In this document: positions 39,400 through 51,273 of the stretch, piece by piece
Position numbering within the stretch: the first letter of the stretch is position 1
Layout: the number at the start of each line of letters is the position of its first letter
Source of the DNA: Eledone cirrhosa
Lineage: Eukaryota
Direction of reading: 5' to 3'
DNA: 64,000 nt
Assembly: GCA_964016885.1 (NCBI GenBank)
Contig: OZ024741.1
Span: 378,386,001-378,450,000 of the forward strand
Notes under the pieces: model-generated
The model's database searches: none
Told to the model about the DNA's origin: nothing
The model's input: only the letters and a program-made list of their open reading frames with translations
Translations under genes and position numbers: made by a program

Positions 39400-42300
39400 T
39401 AATCTAGCTGTCGTCTGTTCTACAGCGTAGTCGTAATTCACTTTGCGCAGAAGTTTTGTTCCAATTTATTGTGGAAATTTTGTAAGTTACATTTTAATTT
39501 TGATACTATTGTGTAGCTTGACCCCCCGTCTGAACTGTCAGGCGGTGGGTCAGCTCATCTTCGCAACCTCCCAGGGGTGAAAGACCTGTTTTTAAAAATT
39601 TTGTGGCATAAAATGTCAATCGTCTAGCAGAAATTTTAAACGAAGCTAACGAAAATAGAGGTGGGGGACAGCGGTAAGAGTTGTAAGCTCGCACGCTTTA
39701 GTCCCCCCCCCCCCTCCTTCCCAACTAACCTCATAGAGAAGGAAAGAAAAAATAAAATAAAAACAGACGAATGTGCGGAGAAAAATGACGAAAACACAAA
39801 TCTGGAGATTATGTCCAACAACAACAACGATTTGAAAGAATTGCATGACAATATTAATACCACAAACAAAGAAACAACAAACACAAAAATAACATTTGAA
39901 AACAACATCATAACAGAAAGCAAACCAGACGACAAAGTCAACACCAATAATATTTCATTTGCACAAACAACAAAGAAATCTTTAACATATATACCTGAAA
40001 ATATTTCAGATGTGGCACAAAGAATAAAAAACGCCAAACAATACATAACTCAAGGGGAAAATGGAATCTTATCGGTAAAAATGCCCCAAGAACTCACCAA
40101 AGATATTGAAAGTCGGACGGTTGTTTTCCGCACCATCACCAACATCTGATAAAACCTCAACAACCAACACAAGCAGAAATTAAAGCAGTACTTACAGAAG
40201 TACTTAATGAAGCCACTGTCATAAGAAGAGACAGGCTGTATGGAAGCCTAGCGATCATTATGAAGAACGAATCAGCGGCAAAAAAATATGCTTTGTTGCC
40301 GATTTGTTAGACAAATTTTACCTTTTATCCATCTTATATGGGTAAAAGAACTGAGTGCATATGGCTGGATGCGATGATGCCAGATGTGGACTACTGCTGG
40401 CTCATAGCTGGCTTCATCGATCCAGCGAATGACAACGTGATTTCCATTGGGAAAACCACAGGCAATGCGTTCAGTGGAACATGTATAGAACTTGTAGTGC
40501 AAATGATGCCTGAACGCATTGCCCAAATACCCGACAGAATCCTATTAGAGGGCCACGGGTATATAAACATTAGCGTGGATGGGAGAAGGCCGTCCTGCCA
40601 TATCTGTGCAGGCATAGGGCACCTGAAGGCGGCTTGTCCCCAACTCAACAAGAAGAAAACCCTGCTACCAACACCAGCTCCACCACCACCACCACGACAA
40701 CAGATAAACAAAACAACAAAACTCAGTCCCACCCAACCCGTCCCTCAGTAAAACTACACCACCACCACAACACAAACAGACACAACACATTACCCAAAAA
40801 CAAAACACAGTCCCACCCAACCCCTCACTCAATAAAACAACACAACCACCGCAGCCACAACACACAACACAGTCTAACATAGTGACATCCATCTCCCCCA
40901 CAAAGAAAACCAACACGGAAACATTACCAGCAAACATACCTCTTCCCTCCAACACTGAAGATAACCCAACGAATTCGGAGGAAGAAACGGAGTCCATCAG
41001 ACAGATCAAAAGGAAAAAAAGAAAACATGTGCAAAACACACAAGGCCAAACAACCCCTACCCAAATGTCAACACAATCCAACAAAACACAAAACACCCCT
41101 CCAGCAACAAACAAAACCAAACCTGCCCTCCCCTCTTCGAAACACTCACACCATCCGAAAAAAAGACATTACACTATACTTACATCAACAGAAACAATAA
41201 TAAATTAAATGAACTCATAAACAATAACCCTTCGGTTTGTACCGAAGGGGTAAACTTTGTTTCTTCAGAAAACTACCCACATTTAAAATTAATAAAGATC
41301 CCAATGAACCTCTACCGAAAACTAAAAAAGGATTTTAAGGAGGACGTAGGACCACCCTCTGTCAAACCCATAAACCGCGTCCTCCTAAAAAGCTTTCCCC
41401 CTCCCCTTCCCCTCCCAACACAATTCCAAACACCCCAACCCCACCACACACTGACGATCCCACACCACCACAATACACCCCTTCACCCCACACACCCGAC
41501 CCCATGGAAGTCGTGCGACCCGAACCCCGGGAAGCAGAAGGGTAAGTCTCTACACTCTCCTTTGGCTTTGCCGCCCACATGGATGTGTCAAGAGTAGGAT
41601 GTTTCAATGCACGTGGCCTGGGCTCAACTTGGAAGCAAGCAAAGCTTCTAAATGACCTCAGGTCACGTGGTATAAATGTAATGGTTATTTGTGAGACTTG
41701 GATCAGCGTCGTGCAGCAGCTGACCCCTACCTTCGATGACTTTGAGGTGCACGCATCTCTCTGTCAACCTGGAGGTGGGGGTGGGGTTGTCGTACTGCTG
41801 GAAAAACACCTGGGTCTTGCCGTATAGGTTGTTCACTCGGACCCGGAAGGTCGTTTGTTGGTGCTAGACGTTGGCAGTAGTGGAGGTGCGGCCTTGAGAC
41901 TGGTCGCCGTCTAATCCTTTTTCGACGCTGAACGACCCGACTTCTTCCAACGCCTGGAGACTTTTCTGGGAACGTCGCGTTCCCTGCTTCTAGCGGGGGA
42001 CTGGAATGACATCCTAGATGCACGTTGGGACTATGCAGGAGCATGTCCTAATAGATCGGGGGTGCAACAGCCTCAAGGGGTTACTCGACCGTTTTAAATT
42101 GGTCGATAGATATCGACTAGATTTTCCAACTGTGCCAACCTGGACTTGGACGAACCATGGTTGTCAATGTAGATCGTACTTAGATCGATTCTTAGTTAGA
42201 AGTAAGGATAGGGACATATTAAGCTGTCCAGAAATGCTCACGGTTGGCTATACAGATCACAAATTAGTGACATGCGTAGTCAACCTTGAGAGAACACATA

Positions 42301-45233
42301 GACAGGGTCCCGGTTACTGGAAACTTAATTCGTCTTTACCGGCAAAAGAGGCTTACAGAGACCGAATTAGCAGATTAGTTAAGGAGAGGTTGATGGGTGC
42401 AATCGTCAACAACCGATGGTGGGCATCTCTCAAAAGAGAGATTAGAACAGAATCAATAAGTTATAGCAAGATGTTAGCTTCCGATAGGAATAGGAACGAG
42501 AAAGAATTAACAGGTAAATTAGAAGAGGCAATCAAGAGCGAAGATGTGGCCAGAGTGCTGGCATCGAGGACGGCCTTGAGCCAGTTTTTCGATGCAAAGC
42601 ACGAAGGCTGCGTCATTCGAAGTAAAATACGTGCTCTAGGTAATGAGGGGGCCAAAGCCGTTGGCTGGGCCCTAGTGACAGAAGCTAAGAGTGGAAATCG
42701 ATCCACTATCTGGTCTTTGCAAGACGAGGATGGGCGGGTGATCCGGGAGCCTAAGCAGATTTGCGAGACCTTTCAAAGGCACTTTTCCCGATTGTTCGGG
42801 GGAGGCGGGGGTCCGGGCGGGGACGTGGATTTCGGTCCATACCTCGACGGCCTGCCGCGTCTATAGAGCGAAGAGGCAGAATCCTGCGAGGGACCAATCT
42901 CGGTTGATGAGATCGGGGATGCGCTGAGCCAATGCAGCAAACGCAAATCTCCAGGTCTCGATGGAATACCTTACGAACTTTATTTGGCAATGCCGGTCTT
43001 CTTCTCCGAACTCATCGAAGCAGTCTACTGCAATTGGCAGCAGAACGGGAGAATTCCTTGTTCTGTAGCCAAGGGCGTAGTCTCGCTGGTGAGCAAGGAC
43101 GAGAACAAGGGGGATAGTATAAATAATTTTCGGCCCATAACCCTGCTAAACACAGAGTTAAAGATTTTGGCCAAGGTGTTAGCAAAGAGGTTGGCGCTTG
43201 TCGTGGGTAGCCTGGTGGGAGATGCGCAGACATGTGCTATCCCATAGAGGTACATTCACGACAACCTCCACCTCATGCAATACATCATAGAGATGGTTGG
43301 CAACAAACCAGGCTTCGGTGGGACCCTGATCAATTTGGATCAGTCTAAGGCGTTCGATAGGGTCGACCATGGTTACCTGGATGCGGTGCTAGCGGCGGCT
43401 GGGTTCGGCCCTGTTTTCAGAGGCTGGATCACTGCCTTACATAGCAACCACAACTGTTCTAGGATCAAGGTGAACGGCTACCTTTCGAAGCCGTTCGAAA
43501 TCACACGATCCATTCGACAGGGGTGCCCTCTCTCCTCCCTTCTCTACGTATTGACTCTCGAGCCTTTACTGAGGAAGTTGGAGTTGTTGCAGGGTATCCC
43601 CCTGGAACCAGGATTGAGCAAAGCGGTGTCGGCCTACGCCGATGACGTAACAGTAATGGTATCGACCGAACCGGAGATCGAGGCGATCGGTACCTTACTG
43701 GAGGAATACGAAAGGTTGTCAGGAGCGAAACTGAACCCGGAAAAATCCATCGGGCTGTAACTCGGAACGTGGAGAGGCAGACCGATGCCTTCCGACGGTG
43801 TCGTCGGACACTGGACGGAGGGCCCGGTGAAGTTGCTTGGGGTCTGGTTTGGACCGGACCTCCAGGTGGAAAAGAACTGGGGCGAGGTTACGAGCGAGGG
43901 TGTTTGCACTGACCCAGAAATGGGACAAGTGTAAGCTGTCCGTGAAAGGTCGGGCGGAGGTGGCGAACATTTACATAACGTCCGTCACCTACTACCGCCT
44001 GACTGTCGTACCTTGCCCTAAGGAAACACTCACCACCATGGAACGCATGCTCTTTCAATTTCTTTGGAAAAAGCGCCCTCCTATGGTGAGAAGATCCATC
44101 TGCTGCCAACAACCTTCGAAAGGGTGGCTGGGGATGCCGTGGTTGATGATGCGTAGGCACGCATTAAGGCTACGGAACCTACAGGTATTCCTCACTGGTC
44201 AACCGGTGTGGGCTCCGTTCGTGAGACGAGCCTTTCCGAGACTCGTCTCGTTCACCGAGCTGCAGTCCTAGGGTCAAGCAAAGATCCGGAAAACTGGGTG
44301 ACTGGCACACTGAGTGTGCCCAGGCGCTCAGGGCTCTCTGGCAAGCGGACCCGGCCATCGGTGGAGAATCCACCTCGTCATTCTATACAGGGCTGGTGGC
44401 TAGCAGGGGCGATGACACCCTTGGAGAGTCGCTGGTTTTGGTAGACGACAAACTGGCCAGCCTGTTCGGTAGGACTTTCGGCCCGGGACCAATGGACAAC
44501 TTCCAGAAGTCACTGGTTTGGCAGTGCTACCGGGGGGGGGGCTCTACCCGTTCGAGAAAAGCTCTACAGACACGGGCGCCCGGGCAGGGATCCCTCGAAA
44601 AATATTTGCCCTAGATGCGTGCGTCACGAAGAAACCGTTGCGCACGCATTAGTGCAATGTCCGGGCGTGGCTGATCTGTGGGGCTACGCCGAACGACTGC
44701 TGTCGCGGCTGGCGCCGATTCGATTGACCGCCGAGTCCGTGATGACAATCAAACCGCCTACCCTTTTCACAAAAGAAGCAAATGCGGTTTTTCTGTGCGT
44801 AATAGCCATGTTGAAAGAGGTTATTTGGTGGGCACGATTGAAAGGTCTGAGGTCAGGCAACTTCCTCTCTGGCCATAGTCTGGTCTACTTCTTCCGATAT
44901 CACTTCGGAAGAAGGATAAGAATGGAGAGAGAGGTGCTTGGCCACAGGCAGTTTTATGAAAGGTGGGTGATAGTGGCGAGAATGGCTCGTGTAAATGGGC
45001 CTTCTCTGTATAGCATCCTGTAGGTAAAGAAGTGAAGGAGAGGGGAGCACCTTCTCAATGTGCTCCCCGGGCAAAGGATTGCACACTTTTTCGTGTGCAA
45101 CCCCCATCACGACCCCTCCCTTTTGAGGTTGTTTTCGATTATTTTCATTTTATACCCTTTTTACTCGGTTTTATGTAAACTCCCCCTTTGTATTTGTCCC
45201 TTCTTTTTATGCCTTTAAGGTAAATAAAGAAAT
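39400..45233 (+). mobile_element. Full-length decayed Tx1/L1-clade LINE (ORF1 ~39610-41545; ORF2 41579-45023)
   Basis: ORF1 CHICAGIGHLKAAC (CCHC); ORF2 GCFNARGL, ICETW, SYLDRF, TDHK, YWKLN, FRPITLLN, DQSKAFDRVDH, RQGCPLS, AYADD, CPRC..HALVQC; AATAAA near the end; preceded by (TATC)n. Confidence 0.95.
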
Positions 45234-45252
45234 ATATCTATATATACATATG

Positions 45253-45286
<34 letters not shown>

Positions 45287-46205
45287 TCTATCTATCTATC
45301 TATCTCTCTCTATATATATGTGTGTTTGTGTGTGTGTTTGTGTATGCGTGTGTGTTTGTGTATGTATCTGAGTGTGCGTATGTGTGTGTGTGTGTGTGTG
45401 TGTCAATAAATGCTTGAAGGCGTTTGTGAGGTTGCTTATGAGATGTGGAGTTTGGATGTCTGTATTTTTTGCATATGCGGTAAGTCTCTGTGCGTCACTT
45501 CCTGTGTTGGAATACGTATAAGCAAATGAGGCATCATTCTGGTTTTGCTCAAAATATTTGTGTTGACGCAATTTAATTTGAATGCATCTGTTTACGGAAG
45601 GAGTGAAATTCTTAGATATATTTCGGGTCAAGACGACGTCGGGAGAACAATAAAACATATTGGAGATCGCACTTTTAAATAGCATTTGTAATATGATTAT
45701 TATAATAATATTACGACAATAATTCAATGTAATGATTAAAGATGATATATACGAAAGCCCACATTCATGTGTTGACTGAAACTTCCACTGGCTAACTAGG
45801 AAGAATTGATGTTGTAGCTTTCAAATTGTGCATGCATTAATTACAACTTTCCTTATGAATAACTGCACTGCTTCTTACATGAGAATATGTTGGAAAATAT
45901 ATCACATTTGGTTAATCCAGGGGAGTATCTTGGGAAGCCTACGATCTTTCAGCCTGTGATTTTTCCAGCCGACACCTAGACAGAAAAATACAAAATCATA
46001 TACAGGCAAATATCTGAACAGAAAGCAGCATATAGACCAACGAACCCGGTTGTATGTTAACACCCCATACATAGATATGTATGTAGTAGCTACTGAACAC
46101 ACCCATGATTTTCTCCAATTATTCCGTTTCTTTCTCTTCTCTCTCATTGATCTCTCTAATACTTTTTTTCTTATACATTTCTATCTACTAACGGAGTAAA
46201 ATCTC

Positions 46206-46312
46206 AAATGTTTTCATACTATTCTTCATAGATCAAGCTTCAATATCGTCTAATTTTACTGTGATGTTTTATTTTGGTGGGGTCCGTTGATTTCCGTATA
46301 TACATACACACC

Positions 46313-46389
<77 letters not shown>

Positions 46390-46479
46390 GGAAATCAACG
46401 GACCCCAGTAAAATAAAACATCACAGTAAAATTAGAGGATATTGAAGCTTGATCTATGTAGGATAGTATAAAAACATTT
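46206..46479. repeat. Inverted repeat (~95 bp arms) flanking a (CA)n(TA)n tract
   Basis: catagatcaagcttcaatatc..ggggtccgttgatttccgta / tacggaaatcaacggacccc..gatattgaagcttgatctatg. Confidence 0.92.
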
Positions 46480-46679
46480 CAGCTCGTGATGGACATGGTT
46501 ATACGGAACAAGAAGGACAACCGCATGATGCGCAGGAACGGTCATTTCACCCAGGCAATACAAAACTGCGTGCGAGATGTGTAAGTGAGATAACTGCGAA
46601 AGTTCCAAAGTTCCTAGTTGATAAGAAAATTAGGATGTTATTGTTGTTCAATCCGGGACTTTATAGTTATGTAAGAGGT

Positions 46680-48770
46680 GTTTCCAGACATGTGGACAAC
46701 GTCTAAAGAAGTCATACATTGTGTTTAGGCAATCACTATTGCGTAATCTCTTTAGAATATTTATCCGTTAACCAATACGTAGTGCACAAGACGGATTTGC
46801 CCTTGCGCATGGCTTGGACTTAGTGATAGCTTTCCATTGGATGGAGTAGACTATACTTGCGTCCTTGAGGGACTATACGGGGCTCACGAGTTTCGGGGAT
46901 TATCGTTTGCCCGGGCACCTAAAAGTCGACCGATGGTTCAGGAAGCGTTCCTTAAATCGGCGCTCCGCCATGCCCACATAAGATTTGTCCTGTGGTTGAT
47001 TTGGTCGGTTGGAAGTGACCACATCTTCAAAAACTACGGTGGGTGTGTTGCATTGCTGGTGAAGGGGCAAACCTTTAGGCTTTCGGCAAGAGCTCCCCTG
47101 GAGGGGGTATTGCCCTTATGGTTGTTGGTGATGTGGGCATTCATATTCTTAGCGCAGGATTACCCTAGTTTTACTTTGTGTGTGTTAAAGATGGAGCGGT
47201 TTTTTGTGACGTATGGGAAAGTATCCGTCTAAGTGGGCTAAACATGTTTTCCTACATTAGTTTTAACGTTTGGTGAGAAGGGAGGAGAGAACCAGATAGT
47301 TTGTCTATTGTTACGCTTTCTTTTATTACTGCTGTTGTTGTTAGTGGGAGAGTAAGTGATAGGTTGCGAGAAGGCGCTGTTAGCTAACGCAGTGTTATAG
47401 TAGGGTGCCGTTCTGTCAAAGATAGCCATATTAGAAGAGAGGTTAGACATTCTAGTACATATATTATTTACGAAGTTTCTAAAAACAGTGAGAGGGTGGT
47501 ATGGGTCCTTTTTTAATGTAATTGAGGTTTTCGTTAAGCTTAAGGAAGGGTCTGTAGGTGTGTGGGCGAAGGCCTAAATTAATATCTGAGAAATCTATGC
47601 CAGAGAGGTTGATAGCTACTGTTATCCTAAGACCTAACTCATTGAAGATGGAAGTTAAGTCTTTTTTAAACCTGTCGAGGTCGTGACCAATTTTATGGCT
47701 CGATAAGGTCAGTCCATCGTCGCGGTATATTCCCGTGTGGAAGTCCGGGAATCTAGCACGTAATATGTCTAAAATGAATAGTCCAACCAAGTCACATACA
47801 TCAGCATTGTCAAACGATCCCATGAAGACGTCGAATAGTTATGAAGTGGTTGACTTCTTTGCCCTGGCTACTCCGTTGTTGAAGAGGAAGGTTTTCCGGC
47901 AGTGATCAATGGTTTCCATATCTTAAAAATGGACGGTAGTGCAAGTGGTAGCAAAGTCCATCGCTTTGTTTAACAGGATCTCTGAGATCGGCGGGTAAAA
48001 ATCTACACTGTCGAATTACGTGATCTTCCTTTTTGGGGATTTGAAGGAGTTAAATCATTTAATGACGGAATCGCTGTTTTCCCACTGGGACAGGTTGGAC
48101 TTGGTCCTAATGGTCTTAACTATGTTTCTAAGTATAGCCTTACTGACTAGTCCGATATCCGTTCGTGCCGGCTTTAGTAGTCTGCACGTAGGACTAGAAG
48201 TAAAGTCTACCTTGTGATCTTTCAGGGTGAGGAACGCATCCCGCTTAGTTAAGCATTTTAGCTTCTTATCTATCTTAAGGGCGACGGAGAGGTCTTTGGC
48301 TTCTGTGTTGATGTCGTGGTAGGCCATAGCGTTAGCCTTATTATATTTAAAGGTAATAGCATTATGGGCCAAATGGCTGTAAGTAGTGTTGTCGACATCG
48401 TAAACATTATTGGTTTTGTTTGAGAGAAGGAAAGTGTTATTGGAATACCTACATTTCTTATTATCGTTTCTAAGTTAGTTAGAAAGGTGTTAGGGTGTTT
48501 GCGAAAGGAATCTTTAGCGACTAAGTCAGGAAGGTCCGCCTCGAAAGGAGCGAGTTCAGTTCACTTAGGAGGGTAGGTTCTCGATTTCAGGTTGAAGGTG
48601 TTACTGGTGCCTGTAATTTTGCCGTCAAAAGGAAGGGCTCACCACCTTAATCGTCTGACGACATCTTCCACTTTTTGTAGGAGAAGCTTTTGGTAAAAAT
48701 AGTTGGAGGGAGTGGGAATATTCTTCAGGGAGTATTCCAGTTCGTATAAATCCAGGATTATTTCACATTC
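46680..48770 (-). pseudogene. Decayed Penelope-like (Naiad-type) RT/GIY-YIG ORF
   Basis: EYSLKNIPTP, LTLKDHK..CRLLKPARTDIG, MGSFDNADVCDLVGLF..GIYRDDGL, IWFSPPFS..VKTNVG, YVGMAERRFKERFLNH; colinear with the 34077 ORF. Confidence 0.9.
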
Positions 48771-48832
48771 CTCTGTGTAGAGGATTTATTAAGAAGTTTA
48801 TCACACACACAAACACGCACATATATACACAC

Positions 48833-48876
<44 letters not shown>

Positions 48877-48936
48877 GTGTGTCTATGTGTCGGTGCGCGT
48901 GCGTGTATCTATATACATATATTATTTATGTACGCA

Positions 48937-48981
<45 letters not shown>

Positions 48982-48987
48982 ATATAT

Positions 48988-49100
48988 ATATTGTTATACT
49001 TTGGGAGGGTCATGTTGTCAATAAGAAACACACGCACCAATTGATTCACTTCAATTTATTATATTATTGGCAACATGACCCTCCCAAAGTATATCAATAT
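48988..49100. repeat. Small inverted repeat (~37 bp arms)
   Basis: atattgttatactttgggagggtcatgttgtcaata / tattggcaacatgaccctcccaaagtatatcaatat. Confidence 0.9.
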
Positions 49101-49156
49101 CGGTTTCAACACACGATTTCAGATAAAGAATCTTGCTAAACAAATTCAGAAACGAA

Positions 49157-49231
<75 letters not shown>

Positions 49232-49241
49232 AACAAGTAAG

Positions 49242-49335
49242 ACCCCGACGGCTGAGCTCAAGCCGTTTCGACGGCTAATTCTGTACTGAATGAAAATGCA
49301 TTCTGGTATTTAAATAGCCGAACTTATCAAGGGAT
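49242..49335 (-). ncRNA. Type I hammerhead ribozyme, U3:A8 core variant
   Basis: Minus strand: ATCCC-TTGATAA-G-tt-CGGCTA...TAGCCG-t-C-GAAA-CGGCT-tgagctc-AGCCG-TC-GGGGT. Confidence 0.78.
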
Positions 49336-50734
49336 AATTCCATATATGGTCAAAGAAATAATCACCAGGATTGGTCACATCACAAGTTAGTAGTAAATCT
49401 GTGAGGTCAAGTTGGTGGGCGAAGGGGTAGCTAAACCTGCCGGTAGGAGAAAATGCGAGAGGGAGTGGAGTAGACCCATTCATGCGTTGGTAGTGCCAGC
49501 TACAGCTGGGTGTGAGGTCAACGAGGATACGGGGGAGGGGGGAGGGGGGAGGTCGAAACGGTAAGTAGAACAATGAAAGGTAAAACTATAAGAGGTACTG
49601 AGAGACAAAAAAAAAAAGCAAAATCTGGTTACGAAGACATAAGTCACTCGCTATTGCTAGGCTAAAGAAATACATAAATAAATAAATAAACAAATAAGTG
49701 AATAAAAGAATAGATAAATAAATTAAAAAAAAAAAATATATATATATATATATAATGTAGAATAAAAAAAAAAAAAAAAATAATAATAATAGAAATAAAC
49801 TAGATGGGACGGAAATAAAGGGCCCCTTAATCGAGGTATAAGTGCGAGTATCGTACGGTGACGGGTCAACAAAGGGGGGGGGGGGGGGGGGCAGAATACT
49901 AAAGAGACTACCACGAAAATAATAAAGGTTCTACCCCAATCACAGGGCCAGCAACCACCCAGTGCAAGAAAGTAAACTAGTACGAGAATATAATTCAGGG
50001 TCCCGCCAAAAAAAATACTAGTGCTAACTCTAAGGGTACCGCCACGAAACAAAAAGTCTTATACAAGCTACATGAAAGATCGTACGAAGTAAAAGTAAAG
50101 AACGGAAAATTAATACAGGACCCCCCCCCCCCCCCCCCAAAAAAAAAATAAAGGGAAAAAGAAGAAAGAAATACTGGATAAACGAGAAATTAAGGCAAAG
50201 ATACCACTAAGAAATATAGAAGGCACGGAAAAAATGAACAGCGGTCGGAGAAGGGGGCGAGTATCCGAAGTCTAACACCTCTGCTATAAAAAGCGGAGTC
50301 AGCCAAATCTATCATAGAATAGGGGAGGGGGTGGAGGTACTGAAGCTACACTGAAGCTACAGAGGCTAGTCAGTAGGAATGGGATGGTAAGATGACGGAC
50401 GCCTACTAACACCCCAAAAAATATTTTTTTATTTTCTTATTTTATTAGCCTCTTAATTTTCTCCTAGACTAATAGGTGTATTGGAGCCTGTAAGCTTTAT
50501 GCACTCATTGAGGGATTTTCTGAGATGCTTCTACGGGACCCCAAGTCTCTTGGTTTAATGTTGATGCGTGAATTATATATTTTTGTCTAATTTTTAAACT
50601 TCAATCCCTGACCCCGACAACTAATATAAAAGAGCCCCCCTTAAAGCGGAGTTGCTGATGTATACAACAATTTCAAACTGCTAGCCTTGAGTCCTACGTT
50701 GATGTAAACAATGATCTTGCAATCACATGTTATA

Positions 50735-50781
50735 TGCCTTGATAAGTCCCACCATGGGGTCGGACGAAACGGCTGTCGGCA
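50735..50781 (+). ncRNA. Minimal type I hammerhead ribozyme, U3:A8 core variant
   Basis: TGCC-TTGATAA-GTCC-caccatggggtc-GGAC-GAAA-C-ggct-G-TC-GGCA, followed by AATAAA. Confidence 0.78.
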
Positions 50782-50871
50782 ATAAACTTGTTATAATGTC
50801 ATAATAGTTCCTTTGTTCTTTTTCACTAATATTTCTACTCTGCGTATACGCATAGAGCTTAACTAGCTACC

Positions 50872-50934
50872 GTCACATATTTGGTAAGTCAGGCGTGATC
50901 ATCGCGTTTCACATACGTCCTACCATACATCTTA

Positions 50935-50976
<42 letters not shown>

Positions 50977-51039
50977 TAAGATGTATGGTAGGACGTATGT
51001 GAATCGCGATGATCACGCCTGACTTACCAAATATGTGAC
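50872..51039. repeat. Near-perfect inverted repeat (~66 bp arms) centred on (TA)n
   Basis: gtcacatatttggtaagtcaggcgtgatcatcgcg..catcttactt-(TA)n-aagtaagatg..cgcgatgatcacgcctgacttaccaaatatgtgac. Confidence 0.95.
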
Positions 51040-51040
51040 T

Positions 51041-51117
<77 letters not shown>

Positions 51118-51164
51118 TATAAATAGATACATAGATACATAGATAGATAGATATATAGATAGAT

Positions 51165-51273
<109 letters not shown>

